Assembly (NCBI GenBank): GCA_963693365.1
Contig: CAVNZM010000009.1
Location: forward strand, 576,963-640,962
DNA: 64,000 nt
Direction: 5' to 3'
Origin: Amoebidium appalachense
Lineage: Eukaryota > Protista > Ichthyosporea
Of this stretch, positions 25,272-64,000 are shown piece by piece. Made by a program: the position numbers and the translations under genes. Position 1 is the first letter of the stretch. Every line of letters starts with the position of its first letter. The notes below the pieces were generated by a model. The model did not search any database and was not told the origin of the DNA. It saw only the letters and a program-made list of their open reading frames with translations.

Positions 25272-26719
25272 ATAACCCTGCAACTTTTGAGACATATGGT
25301 CTTTTCGAATGAATGTGCGGCATTGTTCTGGCGATTCGTCGTGTAGTAGGAGTGTTTTAAGTGGTTGATTTTTAGCACGTGGAGTGACTGTTGCAGTACA
25401 CGTTGTTTCTTACTCTAGTAGACGCTTGAGAGAATGCGGCCTGTCAAATGACCGTAGAATATTGTTTAGATACATTGGGTTTATATCTCCAATCTCGTAT
25501 GTTGTTGAAAGAGTTTCGTGGGTATATCTAAGGTAGTAGCAGGGGTTGTGTCATCAGATAACTAGTCACGTGCTGGATAGATAGTCAAAGAGCAATCTGT
25601 GAAGGAAGCATGAACGGAAAGCGGTATTGGGTCTTTCCGTTTCTCGAAATAGTTGGGTTTAGCAAATAGCATCATGTGATTCGGGGTGTTTTTAAATGAG
25701 CAGATTGTTCAGTGATTGCATTTTGCTGATTAGCTAGGGATGTCTTTAGTTGCTTTTTAAAAGTTCAAAGCAAATGATGAGGAGGCTTCAGTGAGGAGCG
25801 ATTGCGGTTCTGATAAGGATTTTAAAATTTTAACCAATCCAATTGCTTCTTAAAAACACCGTGGCACCAATCAAACAATACGGTTCGCGATCCCAAAAAG
25901 CCATCCGGAAACCGAAAGCCCCATTGTCGTTGTTGGCCTGTACTTGAGCATACGATGCATGTGTGTGTTAAGTGTGGACGATAGATAATACATACAGTAT
26001 TTTTCAATTATGAAATTCCCTATTTTCTCAATTTCTTTTCTCATTCGAGGATGCATGGTGGGCCACGAGACACGAGGTCAGCCCGCCTCGAGACCCCCCC
26101 CCCCCTCCCCCTCCCCTCTTCCCCCCCCCCCCCCTCACTCCTTCTCGAGCGATCCTACTCCCGGATGCATCTCAAGTAAAACAAATCTATCGGCTAGAGC
26201 ACCCAGAAGAGTGGGCGTGGGCGTGACACGAAGTATGAAATATCTACCAACATAGCATGGGGCTCATGATCATGCATCTTCTAGACCCTACCCCCACCTC
26301 CCAACCCTCCCGAAACAGGTCGCTGTTAGATGACTAGATTTCGATGTATGGACTGGAGATTAGAGATTAGCTATGTGATGTTTATGGCCATGGCCTCAAA
26401 ATCTTCCTCAATGGGTTCCACCTTACATGTACAAGCAACAGCTTGACAGATTTGGGGGTTACCGTAGCCGAGGCCAGAAATTAACCCATGTTCCTGGGCT
26501 AAGTATTAATAAACTTTAGGAGGCTAGGGTTCGTTTGGATATGTTTGTAACATTAATTAATATACAGTACGAATGTAACTAACCCCCCCCCCCCCCCCCA
26601 CCCCCCCCCCCCTCCCCTCCGGGCCCTCAATAATTTGTGATTTGAGCGACGCAATAAATATATCTCCAAACGTGTAAGCTCAAACGGTGATCAAGGGGCC
26701 GGTGTGTGTGTGTGTGTGT

Positions 26720-26760
<41 letters not shown>

Positions 26761-28333
26761 GGGGAGGGGGGAGGGGGGGAGGGGAGGGGGAGGGGGGGGG
26801 GGGGGGGGGGCAGCACGTTGTTCGGTGAAGTCACCGAAAGAGTATTATAACACCAACAGGCGCTCTCAAACTAAATCAGACTGTGGGCTTTATTGCCACA
26901 CAAAGTATAAATTTAAACATTTTTAAAACTAAAGAGGAATCACACACCGTCAAGGGTAGCATGCCACATGTCCTGCTGAAGTTAAAGTGTCTGACATGGT
27001 GTATTTACAACATCTTAAAAACCGCTACCTTCTACTACGGTATATGATAGAGACCGATAATAATTAAGCGATATATAAATATTAATAATGTTTATCTCCG
27101 GAACCCCGGTGACCATAGCGTATGCTTTCGAATGTTATGAGTTCCCGGTGTGGCATGCCACATAGTGATGCATATGCCAAGCCTCAGGCCTTGCCACGCG
27201 TGCGTACATGTACTGACACCATGTTCCCCTCTGTGCAAACACGTCGTTGAAAGAAACTATGATAATGATTGAATATGCGATAGCCGGGATCACCTGGAAT
27301 GCGTACTAAAAACAACCAGGAATATTTGCAGGATACTCAGTGTTCAGTCGTTACGTCAATCACGATTAATCAATTACCACCTGGCTAGTAATTATTTCTA
27401 CCATAACTAAATAATGAATTTTACTTTGCGGGCAGTTATGAAACAATGAAATTCACACCAACCCCCCCCCCCCCCCCCCCACACACACACACCGCCCCCC
27501 TCGGAATCCTCCCCCCCTCCCCCCCCCCCCCCCCCCCCCCGGCCTCCCCCCGGCCCCGTCCTATTTGGAATGGGAAAAAAAGAACACTACCAGAGAAAGA
27601 CGAGATGCACATACACTTGACAAACACACGAATGTGCCAGAGGAAGGCTTTACATAACAAGAGTACTACAAAACTCCGTGTAGTTTGCCACCCCAACACT
27701 CATCATAGCTTGCACACGTACCCGCACGCACACTGCTGCCCGAGACACACGCACAGTGGCGTGTGCACACACACAAGCACACATAGTGTCACACAGCCTG
27801 AGACGCCCGTTTCCTGGGGGGTCACAGTATAGGCAGAGCCAAGCGGACTGAGACGGTAGGTAGCCTCTGTGAGGTGAAACGAGAAAAGAATACGGAAAAA
27901 AATGAAAATAAAAGTATTACGCACAGACGCCAGCATGCACAATTCACACATATATACACACTGCTGTGACACACACAAAAAAACACGTGCGCGCACACAC
28001 ACTGGCATGCACACGCCGACACACACCGACACACGGTGGCACCCCCCCCCCCCCCTCCCCTCCCCCCCCCCCTCCCCCCCCCCCCCCCCCCCCCAAACAC
28101 ACACACGCTCGCACAGACAGACACAGACACAAACACACACAGGCACACATATGTGCACACGCACACAGTGTGGTGCGTCACCGACTCCCTGGGCACCCCG
28201 TGAAATCATGCAGTGTGCCTGCATGATTAGATGACCTTATAAAATTGCCGCGTCGGAGCCTTGCTGACCATGACCCCCTCCTTCCCTCCCTCCCCTCACC
28301 CCCCCCCCCCCCCCCCCCCCCCCGCCTCCCCCT

Positions 28334-28430
<97 letters not shown>

Positions 28431-28834
28431 ACCACCACCGGTCCCACCACACCGTTTCCCCGGGTTTTATGTGTATGATAGGTGTTTAGGTCCAAGAGCA
28501 TGCGGTTATAATGTACCAATCGCGGTGGTCGCTTTATTTTCAAGGATTTAACTCATTGGATTTTCGCAAAAGCCCGAAATTTGTGATTCGTTAACTGATC
28601 TCCAAGTATACTATACTATGATACATTGTTTAGAGAGAGAAAAAAAGCGGGAGTTTGAAGAAAAGCCTGGGGCAGCACTTGAAACAGTAAATTCATCATT
28701 ATCGCCTATTACCGTGATACTACATCAGAATTGCATTGTCGAGCAGAGTTTTAATGTGTATACCCACTTTTGAAGTCTGCAGTGTACATGTGTGCGGTCG
28801 AGTTTGAGGATGATACCTTAGCTAGTCCACCCAT

Positions 28835-28895
<61 letters not shown>

Positions 28896-29403
28896 ACACA
28901 CACACCATCACCACCACCACCACGATCACCAACCCACCCATCTTGCCCCCCCCTCCCCCCCCCCCTCCCCCCCTCCCCCCCCCCCCCCCCCCAAAAAAAA
29001 AAAAAAAAAAGAAAGAAAGAAAAAAAACAAAAAAGAACATAGCTTGTGACACAACAACAAAGCCGGCGCCAATGTGCAACGCTCGGGAGAGACAAGGAAC
29101 AGTTACGACAGGAAATCGAAGAAAAGCCGAGGCTCCAGGATTGTACATGCACTAGGCTAGTAAGGTTATGAATTAACAATGAATTTAGTTATAACATCAG
29201 GTGTCACAAGCAGATCTTAGTATATTGTACATGGGTATGTATACACCCAGTTACTCAGTTATGCAGCGCTATCTGTGTGCAGTGTTCGTATTCATGATCC
29301 GGATAGCCCCCCCCTCCCCCCCCCCTCCCCCCTCCCCCCCCCCCCCCCCCCTTCCCCCTTCCCCCCCCCTCAACACACACACACACGCATCCCCCCCCTC
29401 GAT

Positions 29404-29438
<35 letters not shown>

Positions 29439-29711
29439 TTCCCCCCCGGAAAAAAAAAAAAGTCTTGGTGTACGTATAATTACTGCAGGTAGGCCGCTGC
29501 CTGTGACTCCAGCACCATATGAATATGGGCCATTATGCTGCATCGTATCGCACACCGTCACAAAAATATCCACAAAGCTTGGGCACTTTTCCGAGCCGAT
29601 GTTGTATGCATGTACAGGGGGTGACTGAAATAAAGATCATGGGTTGGAGTGTGAGTATGATGCCATATGTACATCTCTCGCTCTCTCCCTCCCCTTTCCC
29701 CCCCCCGTCCT

Positions 29712-29815
<104 letters not shown>

Positions 29816-29906
29816 CGAGGCTCTCTCTCCCCTCCCTCTGTCCCGCTTTCTCTCTCTCTCTCTCTCTCTCTCCCCCCCCCCCCCTCTCTCTCAGGCTCTC
29901 CCTCTC

Positions 29907-29940
<34 letters not shown>

Positions 29941-30036
29941 CCTCTCTCTCCCTCCCTCTCCCTCCCCACATTCTTAGTTTTTTTTTTTTTTTTTTTTTTT
30001 TTGGGGGGGGGGGGGGGATGCATGTGTGGATGAGGG

Positions 30037-30072
<36 letters not shown>

Positions 30073-30116
30073 AGGCTCCCTCGATCCCATATTACGTGGT
30101 GGGTCACTCCCCCCCC

Positions 30117-30153
<37 letters not shown>

Positions 30154-30293
30154 ACACACACACCGGTACCCTCCTTCAAAACAGTTGGTGGTTCGAATTC
30201 TCCCCTACCGGCCTTCAACTCTCACCCCCCCCCCCCCCCCCCCCCCCACCCCACAACTCCCCCAACCCCGATTGGAACACTCAGTTAGAGGTC

Positions 30294-30439
30294 AAGACAA
30301 CCAGGGCGGTGACGGTGGTGTAGCATTTAATCAATGTATATCCTTCTCGCTAGCCGACAAAACATTTTCACATGCACTATTAGGGAGAAGGATATACATT
30401 GATTAAATGCTATCCCACTGTCACCGCCCTGGTTGTCTT
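30294..30439 (+). repeat. Long inverted repeat / hairpin (55-bp arms, ~36-nt loop)
   Basis: Arm 30294-30348 (aagacaaccagggcggtgacggtggtgtagcatttaatcaatgtatatccttctc) is the reverse complement of 30385-30439 with 3 mismatches. Confidence 0.9.
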
Positions 30440-30488
30440 TAGCTCACCCCTTGTTGTGTGCAACATCCGAGGCTCCCCCCCCCCCCCT

Positions 30489-30519
<31 letters not shown>

Positions 30520-31478
30520 ATCTTAAATATCCACCAGGTTTTTTAGACCCTATTATCTTATTTTTTGGAAGAAAAAAATAGCACTATTTATCTTAATGTC
30601 AAATTATCTTATTTTAGTCACCCCCTGTACTTGTAGTTAGTGATCACGATCGAACTTCGAAATCGAACACGAATTCGAACCTCGAACATATAAATCTCAT
30701 GACATAGAGCCAATAGTACAGTACGTCTTTTTCTTCCCGAACAGCGCCACCCGGCGACTCCCCCCCAGCCCCGCGGCTGCCTCGGAGCCCGGTCATGAGC
30801 TGGAAGGCATCGAAGGACAAGCGCCTGCAAGCTGTATTTAATAGCTCAAGACAGTTATGGAGCGGCAGTATTAATTTCATGTATGTAGTGTTGAGTATTT
30901 ATCAAGTTGAGTGATAACCAATTGAAGCAGTCGACAACTCACCTTGTCTCACCGGTGCTTGCTGTCCATAAGTGGCTATCTGGCTCTAACTAGCACCAAT
31001 CAGCATAGCTAAAACTACCTGCCGCCTGCGTCGTTGAAATCCAATGAAAAACGCTTAAAGTCATTAGCTACGATTGGCGCCTGTTTTGGCCGCAGTTTGA
31101 TTGGCTAAATACGCACCACCTAGTTTATACGTTGCACCTCGTCGCATGCACCACAACTCCGGAACAAAGCACACGCGCTGTCTTCTTTACGGGTTTCACG
31201 TTTTGCCTCCATACATAGCGTACACAACAGTCACATAGTGACATAGGGTGCAAGAAGCCAGAAGACGTGTGCTTGATAGAATCATTCCTAGGTTTAGCAT
31301 TGTGCTTGTAAGCATCGTATACGCGGACACAACTCGAATGACATACACATGTTTACGTTTTGAAAGATCTAGGTGACGATGATCTGCCGCTCGGCAGAGT
31401 AACTTAGGTTTATGATCCCGTATTTACACAGCAGCGGCTGGAATTTTTCTATGAAAGTTAGAGAATAAGAGAAGAAAC

Positions 31479-37953
<6,475 letters not shown>

Positions 37954-38374
37954 TGCCTGGATTGTTCTGGAAAGAAGTGAATGATTTAGGTTTTGCGCAC
38001 ATGGTGAGCTTATGTTGAATGAATCGATGTATCTTAGGTTGGCTTGTCCACAGGATTTAGTTGGCTTTCGGTTGCCGTATGTGTTTGCTAATGTAGGTGC
38101 ACACAGTACTAGGGCACGTATGCTATACGGGGTTACCACTGCACACACTCTTACCCCCTGTAACTGCATCTGATTCACGAACAAAGACACTATTACACAC
38201 ACATACAGGCACACACACTACGGCGCGCATGCGCGCGCGCACACACCCACACAATGTCACACACACATATAGTATTGCACGCGCTTGAGAGCGCCTACAC
38301 ACACACATACACACACACACGTCACACACACACATAGTATTGAAGGCGCGCGAACATGCACACACACAAACACA

Positions 38375-38413
<39 letters not shown>

Positions 38414-38452
38414 TCACGAGCACACAAGTACACCCAAATCATTACGGTACAC

Positions 38453-38491
<39 letters not shown>

Positions 38492-38757
38492 GTACACCTA
38501 TGTTGTACGATTTCTAGTCATGGGCTGACTGCTGGGGCCAGGCCAGCCAATCACATCACAGACCCATGATGTGCCGGTCACATCGCACCAATCAAAAACA
38601 ACCATTGTCATGTGATCTAGGTGTGAATCTATTTTTTGACTAAAACCCGACCAAGCATGTAGTACACCCGGCAGGGTTGACCCGTATCCATACGTTATAC
38701 GTGATATCAATACAGTAGGTGAAAACTTTTGAAGATATAAAAGATTACAATGTCATC

Positions 38758-38791
<34 letters not shown>

Positions 38792-39851
38792 CTGGGGGTA
38801 TCAGCATACTTTAAAAGGGGGGTCATAATGTTGGAGCATTCCTGGTACAGATGTTAAGACAACCCCCTAACATGTGGTCGCAGAGGGGGGGGGGGGGGGG
38901 GGGCGGCTTGCCGTCCTGCATGCACACAGGTTTGTATGATAGGTAGTACTACACTCAGAGTCCGAGTAGTCACAGTCACATTTACAGCATACACCAGATG
39001 TTGAACAACAGCTAACCCCAATGTTTGCACATAATCATAAGTTATTCAGAGTCTGGCTCGTAATTATGGTGTATGTATCCAACAACTCTCCCTTCATCCA
39101 CCCCACCACTAGTACTGCAAAGCTAGCTAGAGCTCCTTTACACACAAAATGCAACCTGGCAATTTGCCTTTAGTAATATCTCAAAATCTGGTCGCCCTGA
39201 ATATTCGTTAAAAGTCCCAGTTGGCTGCTAGCATATTAGTATGTTCTTACACATTGGCGGGTATTCTTTGTGGTGGACGGTATCTGTACGTTATAGAGCA
39301 TAGTCTCGACCATAATGGCTACCGAGAAACCCTCTGTAAGCTCAAACCATCTTGTTGCTATGTGTCATGGTGTCCGTCGTGGCTGTGGACTTCGAATTCG
39401 TAGCCTGTTACAATTCTTCTCCCCCCCCCCCCTCCCCCCCCCCCCCCTCCTTCCCCACCCCTCTTCCCCCCCCCAAAAAAAGGGAAAAAAAAAAAAAAAG
39501 AAAAAGCCATAAGTTAATTAACTCATGATCATTGTACATCCTTGCCCACCCGAAAATTCATGCGGGCGCACCCACCCACCCACCACCCACCCACCCACCC
39601 ACCCACCCACCACCCACCCACCCACCCACCCACCCACCACCCACCCACCCACCCACCCACCCACCACCCACCCACCCACCCACCACCCACCCACCCACCC
39701 ATACACACACACACGCACACACATACACACAAGTGTACACAATCCTTTACACACACGCAAACGTGTACATTAACACACACGTGTACATACACACACGTGC
39801 ACACACACACGTGTACACACACACACACACACATCAGACAAGTACACACAG

Positions 39852-39891
<40 letters not shown>

Positions 39892-40421
39892 CCCTGTTCG
39901 TTTGCCCACAATATCCACGGGACTCTCTTCCTGTCCGTTTTGATGTGTACCGTTTTTTCATTCAACACGTGTTGGTCTATTTACATGGCACCAGGCCAAA
40001 AACTGTACAAACAACTTATTTTTTTAAACTTTGGTTTAAACTTTTCTACTAGTATTACGTAGTCGGTTGTTCCTATTTGTGTACAAAGGGCTCCGAAAGA
40101 TGGATCCGCTAGAAGAAAGTTAATGCTAACTAACATAGCCTAACATGCTTGTGCCTTTTCAATACGTCATTTTATTTGTTCCCATCATACATGGCGGCAT
40201 TCAGAAGTACACAGGGCACATTCTGGACGTATTTTTGTCTGGATGATCTATTCATCTAAGCTGTATTAGTATGTACAGGCGCAACGGTTGTTCTCGATTC
40301 ATCCCCCCCCCCCCCCCCCCCCCCAAACAAAAAAAATAAAAATAAAAAATAAAAATACAAAATAGCAACTTCACCCTTTCATTCCACGTATAAAAGAACC
40401 CCAATACCGGTTTAACCTCAA

Positions 40422-62974
<22,553 letters not shown>

Positions 62975-63354
62975 GTTGGTAAGGGGAGGAAGAGGGAGGG
63001 AGGGGCGAAGAGAGCACGCCACAAAACTGGCGTCGTCCCAGCTTTATGACTACGCAGAAATGCGTGTGTTTCACTGCAGCATGTTACGATTCGATGTTTC
63101 ATGGTACTTGGTTTTTGGGGCCACACTGTGAATGAAAGCGGGCCCCTTCAAGGCGTCAACACTGACTGACAGACAAGGCGTCGGCCTTTGAGATTCTCTG
63201 CCAATCAATCTTCAAGAATAGAATAAGGTTTCCCGCCAAAACGATTCGCCAATGTGTGATGCCTAATAGTAACCAAATCGAGTTCCTGAGCCTTTGTTTC
63301 ATTGGTTATCCTGTACCAAGTGAAGCCCTCCCCCCCCCCACGTACACACCCCAC

Positions 63355-63386
<32 letters not shown>

Positions 63387-63675
63387 GGCCAAATAGACAT
63401 ATCGGTTGTATTGTGAGCATCACAGAGGCCATGTATTGTATGCAAATCGCACGTGCGTGTGTATATCACGGTGTGTATTCATGAACCTGCCTGCAGGTTC
63501 ATCAAGGGAGAGAATACAAATCAAACACAAGTGTATTGTGACCAAACTATCTGAAAGGGGAGAGTTATTTATCGAAAAATCTTAGTCGCGTCCAGCCACT
63601 GGGATGTGACTCAAAACCATCAGCATTAACCCCTCTCCGAATCCTACTCAGCTGCTGCACCCATCCCTCCCCCCC

Positions 63676-63712
<37 letters not shown>

Positions 63713-63760
63713 ACCACCACCACCACCACCACCACCACCACCACACCAAACACCCACCCT

Positions 63761-64000
63761 TTATGGTGCAAGGCATACTATGGGCTTCAACTGGTAGTAT
63801 GACCTATTGCCCCCTATCGCCTTCACAAACGCAGGCAGCTGGTCATGGAAGTACTGTATTGCCACATCAGGTAGGGGGAAACTCGCCAAAACAGCAAACA
63901 CCCACACCCATCTCTCTGCCCCTCGACAGAACCCCTCCCAGCACGCATCAAACGGGTAGTCACTCTCCTTCACCCTGTGCGCTATCAGTGTTTCCCAGTA
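63761..64000 (-). CDS. C-terminal exon of a probable EcKL/aminoglycoside-phosphotransferase-like kinase (5' part outside window)
   Basis: Open frame from the window edge: YWETLIAHRVKESDYPFDACWEGFCRGAERWVWVFAVLASFPLPDVAIQYFHDQLPAFV...*. Y...L....V...YPF..CW resembles the C-terminal lobe of EcKL/choline-kinase-like proteins; no catalytic motifs are visible. Confidence 0.5.
   Translation of the reverse strand, partial: YWETLIAHRVKESDYPFDACWEGFCRGAERWVWVFAVLASFPLPDVAIQYFHDQLPAFVKAIGGNRSYYQLKPIVCLAP

Noticed and set aside
25400-29650. Complex AT-richer patches and short ORFs in the intergenic region as genes or transposase relics
   Set aside because: No recognisable motifs, no consistent exon chain and no terminal repeats found by eye.
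30648-30690. Cluster of TCGAA motifs as a heat-shock element
   Set aside because: Spacing does not match alternating nGAAn pentamers.

Overview
Intron-rich, microsatellite-laden eukaryotic genomic DNA (probably a unicellular opisthokont/holozoan; this is an inference). Most ORFs in the supplied track are artefacts of (CA)n, (GA)n and poly-C/G tracts. Splicing by hand (GT-AG sites, phase-checked) gives the following, in order. (1) The 3' part of a frameshifted gene with a FERM/PTB-like segment and a Pro-rich tail (1-3120). (2) A Penelope-like RT relic. (3) Three orphan exons of a Sec14/CRAL-TRIO paralogue (4538-6273). (4) A full-length, apparently very young Ty1/copia element (6394-12271) with two 765-bp LTRs, inserted in a poly-G tract. 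(5) A 17-exon gene (13841-24961, about 663 aa) that fuses a group-B bHLH-ZIP DNA-binding domain, a PB1-like domain and a complete Sec14/CRAL-TRIO lipid-binding domain. This candidate one-component lipid-sensing transcription factor is the highlight of the window. (6) A 146-bp hairpin in intergenic DNA. (7) A KCC-like SLC12 cotransporter with altered ion-binding residues (31479-37953). (8) A 26-exon CTC1-like telomere CST gene on the minus strand (40422-62974). (9) The C-terminus of a probable EcKL/APH-like kinase at the right edge. All protein family calls rest on motif recognition by eye; no database search was run.
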